DNA of 27,652 nucleotides, from the IMG/VR virus record IMGVR_UViG_3300017737_000066, positions 1 to 27,652 of that record; one strand, 5' to 3'. The translations under genes were made by a program, and so were the position numbers. Position 1 is the stretch's first letter; each line of letters begins with the position of its first letter. This document shows positions 6,547-16,190 of the stretch, piece after piece. The notes under the pieces are model-generated. The model was given only the letters and a program-made list of their open reading frames with translations, searched no databases and was not told the DNA's origin. This stretch comes from a virus. Taxonomy: Duplodnaviria > Caudoviricetes.

Positions 6547-8314
6547 GTGTTTCTACGTCATTAGCATATGCTGTGAAGCCGTTTTCTTTAACAACCTTAA
6601 GCACATTGTTCACTCTGCCCATCAATTCATCTTTGTGGGATATTAAAAATATATTTTTGCCTGATTCTCTGCTCATTTTTTTCAAAATAGCCAAACTGCT
6701 TTCAACTCCTGCTGAATCCATACCAGAATCTATTAATTCATCCAAGAACAACAAGTTGATCTGTTGATACAAGTTTTCCCATACATCTCTAAATGCAAAA
6801 CTTAAACCTAAAATTAATCTGTTTCTTTCTCCTCTACTCAAGTTGTCAAAGTCTAGTTCTTGTCCCAGTTGAGTGATCTCCACACTTAAATCATTTTTAA
6901 ATGTGACCAAGTGTGGAAGACCCAATTGATCCAAGTAGTGAGTTAACCTGTTGTTCAAGAAGGTTAAGTTTTGATCAATTATTTTCTTTCTTATGAAAGA
7001 ATCTTTATTTGTCAACAATTTATACAAAAATTCTTGATGTTCTTTCAATTTTTGTAGTGTGTTTGCTGTGTCCCAATTTATTTCTTGTACTGCTTGATTT
7101 TTTAATTCGTCTATTTGATCTAGATATGGATTTGATTCTTCTTTTTTGTTAACAAGTGCTGTGTTGATTGATTCCACATATTGTCTGTGATCATATGCTT
7201 CTTTAAGTGTGTCATAGTATGTGTCAGGTCTTTGATCCAAATCGCCCACTGCTTTGATATCTTTTACAGTTTGTTCTAATTGTTCAGCCAATTCCATTAC
7301 ATAACTGTTGGATTCTCCATATTCTTCTTCCAAAGTTTTCTGCATTTGTTCTATTTTATCTTGAGGCAGATCCTGTCCACAAGCATAACAAGAAGTTTCG
7401 CTATTAAGTTTTTCTAAATCATCATGCAATTTTTTTGCTGTCTTATCTGCTTGTTCAATAGTTGATTCCAAACCGGCTCTGTCTTTTTGCAATTGTCTTA
7501 ACGCATCATTAAGTTTTGTCCAATCTTCAAGTTTTTGATGTGTTTCTAATTCTTTATCAATGTCTACGCCTTCTAACTCTTTCAAGTTTTTTTCTAATTT
7601 TTCTATATCTGTTCTGTTTTGATTTTGCCAAGCACTGCTTTTGTTGTTTAAACTGTGAATTGTTTCTTCTACTTTTTCATTGCTAATTTTTAAACCTTCT
7701 AATCTTGCTGTTTCTAGTGCTATATCTTCTTTTGAACGTTTGATGTGTGTTTTTAAGATGTCTGCTTTCTCAGACAACAATTGAATTCCTAACAGTTGTT
7801 CAATTATTTCTTGTTGTTCATTGTTGTGTAAACTTAAAAAGGGTTGAGTGTATGTGTTCAAAGCCACAATGTGTTTAAACATTTTTGGATTCATTCCAAT
7901 CATTCTGTTCAGGTCTTCTTGTGTTTTACGTGAATCTCCTTGACTGACATCTGATAGTTCTTGTTCTTGGTCGTCAATGTAATACTTCATTACATTTGGT
8001 TTTCTGCCACGTTCTACTCTATAATTTACACCATCTTTTTCAAATGCTATTGTGACCAACATTGCTTTGCTGTTGGTTTTATTCACTAGATTGTCTTTAC
8101 GTATTTTTGTAAGTGCTTCGCCATACAATGCGTAACACAATGCATTAACTATGGTTGTTTTACCTGTACCATTACGTGAACCTGCGTCATCGCCACCCAT
8201 GTCTAAGTTTTCACCCAACACCAGTGTTAATAATTTTTGTTGAAAGTCTATTGCTTGGGTTTGATTACCCACACTCATAAAGTTTTTTACAGTAATTGTT
8301 TTAATCAGTATCAT
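6530..8314 (-). CDS. gp46: Recombination endonuclease ATPase subunit (T4 gp46 / SbcC / Rad50-like)
   Basis: Walker A GSRNGTGKTT, coiled coil with CYAC zinc hook, signature LSRGE, Walker B LFLDE-LIDSGMD, H-loop LISH. Confidence 0.95.
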   Translation of the reverse strand: MILIKTITVKNFMSVGNQTQAIDFQQKLLTLVLGENLDMGGDDAGSRNGTGKTTIVNALCYALYGEALTKIRKDNLVNKTNSKAMLVTIAFEKDGVNYRVERGRKPNVMKYYIDDQEQELSDVSQGDSRKTQEDLNRMIGMNPKMFKHIVALNTYTQPFLSLHNNEQQEIIEQLLGIQLLSEKADILKTHIKRSKEDIALETARLEGLKISNEKVEETIHSLNNKSSAWQNQNRTDIEKLEKNLKELEGVDIDKELETHQKLEDWTKLNDALRQLQKDRAGLESTIEQADKTAKKLHDDLEKLNSETSCYACGQDLPQDKIEQMQKTLEEEYGESNSYVMELAEQLEQTVKDIKAVGDLDQRPDTYYDTLKEAYDHRQYVESINTALVNKKEESNPYLDQIDELKNQAVQEINWDTANTLQKLKEHQEFLYKLLTNKDSFIRKKIIDQNLTFLNNRLTHYLDQLGLPHLVTFKNDLSVEITQLGQELDFDNLSRGERNRLILGLSFAFRDVWENLYQQINLLFLDELIDSGMDSAGVESSLAILKKMSRESGKNIFLISHKDELMGRVNNVLKVVKENGFTAYANDVETHDHSR

Positions 8315-9320
8315 TGTTTAAATCTCTAAATATTCTAAGCAAGACAGATTTATCATATGCATCAGACTCAATTGTTTCAATTTCTTTAGAAACAATTTGA
8401 TCTACACTTTCAAATTTTGTAATATCAAGTTCTGTGTTAATTTCTTCTTCTTGTTTGCTTGGGATTAGTGTTATTTCTCTACAATTATATTCTTTCATAA
8501 AAGTTTCTTTAATATAACTGGCTTCTTCAAAACTGATGTCTATATCCAATGTAACTCTTAGATGCATTTTCTTTTTCATGATCTCTTTGGTTTTGTCCAA
8601 CAGTGTGCTTAATTTTACATTTCTGTACTTGGGACAATTATCCCAATTGAAATAAACAGGCTCTGTGCCATGTTCTAATATCATCATACCACGTTCATCG
8701 TCATCAACATCTGCATAATTGTGTGGAAAAGGATTGCCTAAATAATGAATATTATTTTTGACCTGTCTTTTATGAAAGTGTCCTGAGAAAACGTATTCTT
8801 GTTTTTTAAAATCACTTGGTCGTAATTCTCCTGTGTCAGGCATTTCTACCATTGCATTCATAAAGAAGTTGGGTAATTCAAAATGACCAAACATATATTT
8901 GCATTCCATATTACCAACTTTTTTCCATTCATTGCCTACTAACCAAGGCACTAATATAGTGTCATCTATTTTTGTAATTTTATTAACCATAGTGATGCCG
9001 GGAATAAATCTGCCAAATTCTACAGATTGAATATCTCTACTGTCTTTGTAATATAAATCGTGATTGCCTGGAAAGAAATAAAATTTATCAAATGCTTTTC
9101 CTAATTTTTCTAAACATCTAATAGAAGCATCCATAGTGGTTATGTTTACACTATTCCTGTTGTGATGCCAATCGCCACAAAACAATCCTGTTTCACAGCC
9201 ATGTTTCTTTGCTAGTTCGATATACCAATCAACGAATTCTTCACAGTCATCGTTGTGTAATTTAGAATTGGATTTTAATCCGAAATGAATGTCGGTAAAA
9301 ACTGCTAATTTCTTGAACAA
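8301..9320 (-). CDS. gp47: Recombination endonuclease nuclease subunit (T4 gp47 / SbcD / Mre11-like)
   Basis: Metallophosphoesterase motifs TDIHFG, GDWHH, GNHD, GHF, SGHFH. TTG start with AGGAG SD. Adjacent to gp46. Confidence 0.95.
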   Translation of the reverse strand: MFKKLAVFTDIHFGLKSNSKLHNDDCEEFVDWYIELAKKHGCETGLFCGDWHHNRNSVNITTMDASIRCLEKLGKAFDKFYFFPGNHDLYYKDSRDIQSVEFGRFIPGITMVNKITKIDDTILVPWLVGNEWKKVGNMECKYMFGHFELPNFFMNAMVEMPDTGELRPSDFKKQEYVFSGHFHKRQVKNNIHYLGNPFPHNYADVDDDERGMMILEHGTEPVYFNWDNCPKYRNVKLSTLLDKTKEIMKKKMHLRVTLDIDISFEEASYIKETFMKEYNCREITLIPSKQEEEINTELDITKFESVDQIVSKEIETIESDAYDKSVLLRIFRDLNNDTD

Positions 9321-9341
9321 AATAATCTCCTACTTTTCTTT

Positions 9342-9370
9342 AGAATACACGAAAGTGTTGTATTTGTCAA
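9342..9370 (-). promoter_or_regulatory. Sigma70-type promoter for gp47-gp46
   Basis: Minus strand TTGACA (9370-9365), 17 nt, TATTCT (9347-9342), then AGGAG and the TTG start. Confidence 0.8.
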
Positions 9371-10222
9371 CTACTTTTTCGTTCGTTTACTGACTTTAGG
9401 TTTTGGATTCGATTTGTTTGCAGTCTTTGGTGCACCTGAATCGCCTTGAGTCTGTCGTGACATACTAGGCATCATATTGTTAAGTTCCAGAATATCATCT
9501 CTAATATTTTGATTACGTTTTTCAATATTGATAATTCTTACAAACGAATTAGTAACTGCCGCTGTGTAATAAGCAAATGGATTATCTGATTTAGATTCAT
9601 CAAATTGTAAACCAATTTGAGCCAATTGCAATATGGCTTGTCCTTGCATCTCATCATTGTATGTGTAACCTCTCACGTTACCTCTTGTTCCATAACGTTC
9701 ACACAGTTTCATCCACATTTTTGCCAGTTCATTTGTGGCTCTGCCTGATTCTTTATTGAATTTGCCGTTTTCTAAACCACCTTCCCAGTGACTTTTTCCC
9801 ACACAAATTAAATTGCCTTTTCTGTCATATTTCCAATGTTGGAATGGTGGAAAGTTTACCTTGGTTTTACCATCTGCCACTGTTTTTGGATTCTTTTTTC
9901 TACCAGGTTCATCTGGCACGTGATCAAATGTCATCACCCTAAAAACTACATCATCCTTGTCAATCTTTCTATAATCTATTTGGCATTCTCCCAATTTAGT
10001 TTTAGGATCTAATTTTTTACGTCTTTCGTAGTCTTGATGTGTTAATTTTTTGGCTTTATTTCTCTTGGCTTGAGCAACAGTTCTAATGTTTATTGCATCC
10101 ACGTTTTTCACAATCAAGTTGTATTCGCTGTATGCTTCGTCTATAAAACTGCAAAATGATGCCTTAGACTTATGAATTTCGGATAATAGGTCTCTGTTGT
10201 TTAGATAATTGACTTTTTTCAT
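9371..10222 (-). CDS. gp55: Late-transcription sigma factor (T4 gp55-like) with a large insertion
   Basis: NYLNNRDLL N-terminus; RGYTYNDEMQGQAILQL...FDESKSDNPFAYYTAAVTNSFVRIINIEKR. Lies upstream of gp47-gp46, as in T4-like phages. Confidence 0.9.
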   Translation of the reverse strand: MKKVNYLNNRDLLSEIHKSKASFCSFIDEAYSEYNLIVKNVDAINIRTVAQAKRNKAKKLTHQDYERRKKLDPKTKLGECQIDYRKIDKDDVVFRVMTFDHVPDEPGRKKNPKTVADGKTKVNFPPFQHWKYDRKGNLICVGKSHWEGGLENGKFNKESGRATNELAKMWMKLCERYGTRGNVRGYTYNDEMQGQAILQLAQIGLQFDESKSDNPFAYYTAAVTNSFVRIINIEKRNQNIRDDILELNNMMPSMSRQTQGDSGAPKTANKSNPKPKVSKRTKK

Positions 10223-10248
10223 TAATGTTCCTTGTTATATATCTCTTC

Positions 10249-10277
10249 ATTATAAACTACTCAGTTAATTTTGTCAA
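10249..10277 (-). promoter_or_regulatory. Consensus sigma70 promoter for gp55
   Basis: Minus strand TTGACA (10277-10272), 17 nt, TATAAT (10254-10249). AAGGA SD before ATG 10222. Confidence 0.9.
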
Positions 10278-10283
10278 TAAATA
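10258..10283 (+). promoter_or_regulatory. Putative late promoter of the baseplate operon
   Basis: TACTCAGTTAAT (10258-10269), 8 nt, TAAATA (10278-10283), which lies 5 nt before ATG 10289. Confidence 0.65.
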
Positions 10284-10288
10284 AATGT

Positions 10289-11218
10289 ATGGCAGACAAT
10301 TTTCTAAAAAAAGCGACAGATTTGACATCAAACAAAGTAGGTGACATGAAAACAATGGCTAATGACATTGTGAGCAATACTTCAGGTTTTTTAAACACCA
10401 ACATAGATACATTTGGTAAAACATTAGATTCAGTATCCAGTTTTGCTTTTGGTAAAGCCAAAAGACTAAAAGGTGAGTTGAAAAAACTTACTGACGGTAT
10501 ATTTAAATTTGATAAATCTGCTCCAGCGATCACAATGAACACAGACGGTAACACAGACAGCGGAGACCAAGACTGGCGTGTGAGTTTGTCAATGCCACAA
10601 AGTATTACTCAAATGATAGCAGGAGAAAAAACACTGTTGGATCCTTTAAAAGCCACAGGCAACAGATTGGTATTTCCTTATACTCCAACAATATTGGTAG
10701 GACAATCAGCCAATTGGAATCCAATGCAACCGGTACACACTAACTATCCGTTTTATGCTTATGAAAATTCACGTGTGGATCAAATGACAATCTCAGCACA
10801 CTTCTATGTGCAGAACGAAATGGAAGCAAGATATTGGGTAGCGGCTGTGCATTATTTGAGATCAATGACAAAAATGAGTTATGGGCTATCACCAAACAAA
10901 GGTGCTCCACCTCCAGTGGTGCGTTTAAACGGATACGGAGATTTCACTTTCAAAGATGTTCCTGTGATTATTCAAAACTTTACATTTGATTTAAAAGAAG
11001 ATGTTGACTACATCAGCACAAAATTAACAGCAGAAGAATCTGGAACATCTGATGGTCAATCATCTGTTGCCTCAACTGGCGGAACTTATGCCTGGGCACC
11101 AACAGAAAGTTTAATGACTATTGGAGTTGTACCACAATACAGCAGAACAAAACAAGCACAATTTGATCTTGCCGATTTTGTTAAAAATGGCGGAACAAAA
11201 GGAAGTGGATTTATTTAA
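10289..11218 (+). CDS. Baseplate tail-tube initiator/cap protein (gp48/gp54-like)
   Basis: LVFPYTPTI...HYLRSMTKMSYG...GAPPPVVRLNGYG..FKDVPVIIQNF tube-fold pattern; first gene of the baseplate operon. ATG 10289 is preferred over the track's TTG 10271, which lies inside promoter elements. Confidence 0.65.
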   Translation: MADNFLKKATDLTSNKVGDMKTMANDIVSNTSGFLNTNIDTFGKTLDSVSSFAFGKAKRLKGELKKLTDGIFKFDKSAPAITMNTDGNTDSGDQDWRVSLSMPQSITQMIAGEKTLLDPLKATGNRLVFPYTPTILVGQSANWNPMQPVHTNYPFYAYENSRVDQMTISAHFYVQNEMEARYWVAAVHYLRSMTKMSYGLSPNKGAPPPVVRLNGYGDFTFKDVPVIIQNFTFDLKEDVDYISTKLTAEESGTSDGQSSVASTGGTYAWAPTESLMTIGVVPQYSRTKQAQFDLADFVKNGGTKGSGFI

Positions 11219-11520
11219 TGGGATTCTTTACAAGCTCAAGTCCATATGCATCTACAAGAATTGTTGATGATCAATATCTCGACATAATGACAATACGTCC
11301 AGTGCCGGCACAACCGGACGATGTGTTGTACACTGTGGAACCACAATACAATCATAGACCAGACTTGTTGGCTTATGATCTTTACGGCAACGAAAAACTA
11401 TGGTGGGTGTTTGCTCAACGCAACATGGACAAAATTTCTGATCCAGTTTACGATCTTATTCCTGGCTTAGAAATTTATATTCCACAAGGACCCGCTCTTA
11501 GAGATACACTAGGAGTGTAA
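11218..11520 (+). CDS. gp53: Baseplate wedge protein (T4 gp53-like, LysM-like)
   Basis: YTV...RPDLLAYDLYGNEKLWWVFAQRN...DP..DL.PG..IYIP signature. Confidence 0.85.
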   Translation: MGFFTSSSPYASTRIVDDQYLDIMTIRPVPAQPDDVLYTVEPQYNHRPDLLAYDLYGNEKLWWVFAQRNMDKISDPVYDLIPGLEIYIPQGPALRDTLGV

Positions 11521-11521
11521 T

Positions 11522-13936
11522 ATGTTCTTTAACAAAAAAACAAATTCAAATGTAACTCTTAAAAAAGGTGTTACTGAAAAGGTAGGCGCAACAGTTGAAT
11601 GGAAAGACAGCGGTCTTTCTTACATGGATGTTGAAACTAACACTTCAGTAACAAAAGATGAAAACGTATCAAAAAAGAAGAAAAAACCCAATGTCCAGGT
11701 AAAAGAATTTATAAGAGAATTCATACCCAACCCTCTACACGACTATGAATCATACAATGCTGTATTCACACTGGCGGCACTGACACTGGAAGAAGTAAAT
11801 TTCCCCAACATACTTTATAATAGAATGCCTCTTCATCCTGTGGCACATTCCGCTGGTAAAGGCAAAATAGAAGAAGTTACTTTTTACAAACAAGCAGGAG
11901 TAAGTCTTGAATACTTTATAGATAATGTTGAAATAAAATCTTTCATTTCTCCCAATCAAAAAACAAAACACGTACAAAGGTCAGAACTTTCTTTTACTGT
12001 GACAGAACCTTTCAGTATTGGTTTATTTTTACAGACTATGGCGATACAAGCCGGCAAAGCCGCAGACGATGGCAACGTTGAATTTACAAGAGCACCGTAT
12101 GCCTTAATAGTGGATTTTGTTGGTCAAGATGTAAATGGCAAAATTTTTAGAAATAACAATCTACGTAAAGTTATGCCTATTCAAATGACAAAAGCGGCAA
12201 TAAGAGCCAGTCAGGCAGGTGCTGTGTATGATTGTACTGCCGCACCTTGGATAGAAACTCCAACAATGGATGTGAATAATAAAATAAACACTGATATCAC
12301 ACTGTCAGGAAAAACTGTTTACGAAATGATGCAGGTGGGAGATGACAGTTTAATGGGGCAATTAAATTTTAAAGGCGAAGATTTAGACAAAAAAGCCAAG
12401 AAGAAAGAAAAACTTGCCACAGTGCCTACAGATGACTTTGTGATATATTTTCCTGAGAACTCTGAAGTTGAATACACAGAAGCAGAGAGAAAAAGAGTTT
12501 TGAAAGATAGAGCAACAATGACAAGCGATGGCTCAGGAGATTATTTTTTCAATACCGAAAAAAGAGACAGCATTGTGGAAACACTACTAGGAAAAAATAT
12601 TCGAGTAACCAACGAATACACTGGCACAAGCGGACAAGGAGTAAGAGTGTTTCAAACCGAAGGTGAAGGATCAAATGCAACTTTTTTAGGCAATGACATT
12701 GGAGCATCAAAAATGGCTATCAATGAAAATAACATGGCTATAATGGGTAAGAAATTTCCTGATTTTGAAGAAAAATATGACAAACGCAAAAAAACTTTCA
12801 CCAGAGATGGTATCACTTTAAATCTTAGAGCGATGACTTTAAGTTTTAAAAAAGGTACTCGTGTCACAGACATAATTGAAACAGTGATACTGTTGAGTGA
12901 ATATGCTAAAAATTTAACAAAAAATCCTGACGAAATGAAAAACAAACAGCCAGGCAAACATCCTTGGTTTAGAGTAAGAACCAAATGTTTTCAACTGCAG
13001 GATTCTTTTTTCAAAATGAAAACAAATAACCATCCTAGATTAAATGTTTTCAGTATAGTGCCTTATCAAGTGCCAGACACTATATTTGACGATGATACAT
13101 CTATGCCGACAGGTATTACTGTGCTTAGACAAAACATTGTAAAAGGATACAATTATCTTTACACTGGATTGAACAAAGATATAATGGATTTCCAGTTGGA
13201 CTATAATTTTGCTTTTTTCAATAGTGCTCCTCAAAATATGAATAAAACTTCGTCAACTTCATCTGCTGGAGGTAACAAGAGTATAGAAAAATCAGGAGTA
13301 GCAACAAATGTGCCAAAAATGTTTGTAACAGATTCTGAAGACAATAAACCAGGAAATTTAGCATCTAGAATTGTAAAAGCACAAAAAGAAGCCAGCGGTG
13401 AAGGAACAGAAAATGAAAGTGCAGAATTAAAAATTGCTAGAACAATGAATGATAGAATTATCAATGGTGGAACAACTGATTTAATTCAAATGGATTTAAC
13501 AATAATTGGAGATCCTTACTTCTTACCAGCAAGTGGGATGATGAATTCAGATGAACCCACAAGATTTTTTGTGGATCCTAGACCATATGCCACAGAATCT
13601 TCAAGTGATAAAAACAACGGTAACGGCAGGGGAGAAATAAATTATCAAGATACTTCTTGTTTTATAGAAATGAATTTCCAAACACCGATTGATTATCAAC
13701 CTGGTGGGGATAATTTTATTTTCCCTCAAGGTGGGTCGTACCAAAACGGAGCAGGGGAAACAATTAGATTGGGTGAATTTAGCGGTATATTCCAAGTTCA
13801 AACAATCTTGAGCACTTTCCGACAAGGTATGTTTGAGCAAACATTGAGAATAAACAGACAAGCCAACATGACATTGAATGCTGTGGAAGGCTCAGGCAAC
13901 AAGAAAAAAATTCAAAAAGATAACAGTAAAGACTAA
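11522..13936 (+). CDS. Baseplate hub protein (gp27 / P2 gpD-like), enlarged
   Basis: Lies between gp53 and gp5. C-terminal DLTIIGDPYFL and FSGIFQVQTILSTFRQGMFEQTL motifs are typical of hub proteins. 804 aa. Confidence 0.65.
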   Translation: MFFNKKTNSNVTLKKGVTEKVGATVEWKDSGLSYMDVETNTSVTKDENVSKKKKKPNVQVKEFIREFIPNPLHDYESYNAVFTLAALTLEEVNFPNILYNRMPLHPVAHSAGKGKIEEVTFYKQAGVSLEYFIDNVEIKSFISPNQKTKHVQRSELSFTVTEPFSIGLFLQTMAIQAGKAADDGNVEFTRAPYALIVDFVGQDVNGKIFRNNNLRKVMPIQMTKAAIRASQAGAVYDCTAAPWIETPTMDVNNKINTDITLSGKTVYEMMQVGDDSLMGQLNFKGEDLDKKAKKKEKLATVPTDDFVIYFPENSEVEYTEAERKRVLKDRATMTSDGSGDYFFNTEKRDSIVETLLGKNIRVTNEYTGTSGQGVRVFQTEGEGSNATFLGNDIGASKMAINENNMAIMGKKFPDFEEKYDKRKKTFTRDGITLNLRAMTLSFKKGTRVTDIIETVILLSEYAKNLTKNPDEMKNKQPGKHPWFRVRTKCFQLQDSFFKMKTNNHPRLNVFSIVPYQVPDTIFDDDTSMPTGITVLRQNIVKGYNYLYTGLNKDIMDFQLDYNFAFFNSAPQNMNKTSSTSSAGGNKSIEKSGVATNVPKMFVTDSEDNKPGNLASRIVKAQKEASGEGTENESAELKIARTMNDRIINGGTTDLIQMDLTIIGDPYFLPASGMMNSDEPTRFFVDPRPYATESSSDKNNGNGRGEINYQDTSCFIEMNFQTPIDYQPGGDNFIFPQGGSYQNGAGETIRLGEFSGIFQVQTILSTFRQGMFEQTLRINRQANMTLNAVEGSGNKKKIQKDNSKD

Positions 13937-15420
13937 TGGCAAAAAATTTAAACACACGAAAATCACACTCAATAGATCCTAAATTAAATCAAGGACCTTT
14001 TGAAGCCATTGTGAGAAATGTGTTGGATCCCAAATACAGTGGAGCAATAGAAGTTGAATTGGTTAAAACATTGGATTCAGGCAATGCCACAACCACAGGA
14101 CAATTCATCACAGCAAAATATCTCAGTCCATTTTATGGCACAACCAATGTGGCAGGACTGAACAAAAACAAAGATCATAGAGACAGTCAACAGAGTTATG
14201 GTATGTGGTTCGTTCCACCTGATGTGGGCAACACTGTGATGATTATGTTTATAGAAGGCAACATCAATAGAGCATACTGGATTGGTTGTATTCCACAAGA
14301 ATTAATGAACGTGATGATTCCAGGCTCAACACCTGCCATGTCAAACACAGACACAACAGATTCCGAACATCAAGAAGATCCTGCAGATGCAGACATCAGA
14401 GGCAAAAAAATGCCTGTGGGTGAACACAACAAATTAAAATTTGCTGACCGTCCTGCAGACAAACCTTTGATGATTAAAAAACCAATCAACAGATTATTTA
14501 AAGCAGTGTTGGACAATCAAGGTTTAATAGCAGATGAAATTAGAGGACTCACAACATCTAGTGCTAGACGTGAAGTGCCTTCAAGTGTGTTTGGAATAAA
14601 CACACCAGGACCAATTGACAAAGTGTTTACACAAAATCAACCTATAGCATCTGCTAGAACAGGTGGTACATCATTTGTTATGGATGATGGTGATGACAAG
14701 TTTATAAGAAAAACAAAAGCCAAAGATGGTCCAATGGAATATGTGGACGTGGAAACCAGCGAGGATGTTATTGAGGGCGATAAAAACACTCCTCACAATG
14801 AACTTTTTAGATTAAGAACACGTACAGGACATCAAATACTGTTACACAATTCAGAAGACCTTGTGTACATTGCCAATGCCAACGGCACAGCATGGATTGA
14901 AATGACTGCCAACGGTAAAATAGATTTTTATGCAGAAGACAGTGTGAGTGTTCACAGCAAAGGAGATTTCAACTTTAAAACAGACAGAGATTTCAATCTA
15001 GAAGCAGGCAGAGACATTAATTTAAAAAGTGCCACAGTTAATCAAGAGTCCACAACACACAACTTGTTGACCACTGGAGCACAAACTGTGGAAGTGGGTA
15101 CAGCACAAACAATCACAGTTGGAGGAACAACCAATCATTATGCTGGTGGTGATATCAATTTAGACGTTGGAGGACTCATAAATCTTTCTAGCGGAATAGC
15201 AGTGGCTACGCCGGTGGCGCCTTTAGCGGCTTGGAGCCTTCCAGGCGAAGCAAATGAAAGCATCATGAAACGTGTGCCACAACACGAGCCATGGAGCCAT
15301 CATGAAAATTTTGATCCAATGGCAGTTGCATTGGCTAAAACAGACAGAAGTGAACAAGAGGATATTGTGGTTGCAAAACCGATCAATATTCCAGACACAT
15401 TTAAAAATGCGAGGACATAA
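13936..15420 (+). CDS. gp5: Baseplate central spike (gp5 / VgrG-like), no recognisable lysozyme domain
   Basis: N-terminal OB-fold motif GMWFVPPDVGNTVMIMFIEGNINRAYWIGC, then RLRTRTGHQILL and beta-helix repeats (FNFKTDRDFNLEAGRDINLKS; QTVEVGTAQTITVGG). Confidence 0.85.
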   Translation: MAKNLNTRKSHSIDPKLNQGPFEAIVRNVLDPKYSGAIEVELVKTLDSGNATTTGQFITAKYLSPFYGTTNVAGLNKNKDHRDSQQSYGMWFVPPDVGNTVMIMFIEGNINRAYWIGCIPQELMNVMIPGSTPAMSNTDTTDSEHQEDPADADIRGKKMPVGEHNKLKFADRPADKPLMIKKPINRLFKAVLDNQGLIADEIRGLTTSSARREVPSSVFGINTPGPIDKVFTQNQPIASARTGGTSFVMDDGDDKFIRKTKAKDGPMEYVDVETSEDVIEGDKNTPHNELFRLRTRTGHQILLHNSEDLVYIANANGTAWIEMTANGKIDFYAEDSVSVHSKGDFNFKTDRDFNLEAGRDINLKSATVNQESTTHNLLTTGAQTVEVGTAQTITVGGTTNHYAGGDINLDVGGLINLSSGIAVATPVAPLAAWSLPGEANESIMKRVPQHEPWSHHENFDPMAVALAKTDRSEQEDIVVAKPINIPDTFKNART

Positions 15421-15692
15421 TGCCAGGAATTAGTAGAGTAACAGTAGACACAGCAGTAGGCACAATAGTTGGTAATTTAGCACCAAAAGTTATTGTGGAA
15501 GGAGTACCAATTGTTGTTGTTGGAGCGGCAGTGGAGCCTCACGCACCTTGTCCAATACCTCCGCATTGTGATGCCACTATGAGCGGTAGCAGTGCAAAAG
15601 TAAAAGCAAATTCAATATTCATATGCAGGGAAGGAGACGCGGCAACTTGTGGTCACACCGCTACTGGTAGTGGCAAAGTATTTGCCGGTTAA
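15420..15692 (+). CDS. PAAR-type spike tip protein (gp5.4-like)
   Basis: 90 aa; HAPCPIPPHC, GSSAKVKAN, ICREGDAATCGH, GSGKVFAG. Directly after gp5. Confidence 0.9.
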   Translation: MPGISRVTVDTAVGTIVGNLAPKVIVEGVPIVVVGAAVEPHAPCPIPPHCDATMSGSSAKVKANSIFICREGDAATCGHTATGSGKVFAG

Positions 15693-15695
15693 ATA
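15690..15695 (+). promoter_or_regulatory. Putative late promoter TAAATA overlapping the PAAR stop codon
   Basis: TAAATA 5 nt upstream of ATG 15701. Confidence 0.45.
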
Positions 15696-15700
15696 TCATT

Positions 15701-16141
15701 ATGGCACAGAAAAAATTATATAAAGAGGTTACAGTTACATCTGCTCAAACAGCCAAAACACCTGCTACACAAAGAATGTACAGAGGGTTGAGTACAGTGA
15801 ATCCAGACAACACATCATTTGGTTTAAATGATATAGGATTAATCAAACAGGATTTGTTGAATCATTTTCATATATCACAAGGCGAGAAACTTGAAAATCC
15901 AGAGTTTGGCACAATCATATGGGACGTAATACACGATCCTTTAACACCAGATTTAGAAGAAGCAATTAAAGAGGATATTATCAAAATAATCGACACTGAT
16001 CCTAGAATAAAAGCGGACACAGTGATAGTAACACCATTTGAAGCAGGATTACAAATAGAAGTTGAACTAACTTATGTCAAATATAATGTGTCAGAGAAAC
16101 TAAGATTGACATTTGACGAAAATAATGGGTTACTGAATTAA
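15701..16141 (+). CDS. gp25: Baseplate wedge / sheath initiator (gp25-like)
   Basis: LIKQDLLNHF...GEKLENPEFGTIIWDVIHDPL...IIDTDPRI pattern of the GPW/gp25 family. Confidence 0.9.
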   Translation: MAQKKLYKEVTVTSAQTAKTPATQRMYRGLSTVNPDNTSFGLNDIGLIKQDLLNHFHISQGEKLENPEFGTIIWDVIHDPLTPDLEEAIKEDIIKIIDTDPRIKADTVIVTPFEAGLQIEVELTYVKYNVSEKLRLTFDENNGLLN

Positions 16142-16142
16142 A

Positions 16143-16169
16143 TGCTCTGTTTATACAAACAAATAAATA
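16143..16169 (+). promoter_or_regulatory. Putative late promoter upstream of gp6
   Basis: TGCTCTGTTTAT (16143-16154), 9 nt, TAAATA (16164-16169). AAGGA SD before ATG 16191. Confidence 0.55.
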
Positions 16170-16190
16170 ATGTTATAACAAAGGAAACCA

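Noticed and set aside
10271-10288. TTG start at 10271 given by the ORF track
   Set aside because: It falls within the gp55 promoter region and upstream of the TAAATA box. ATG 10289 is the more plausible start.
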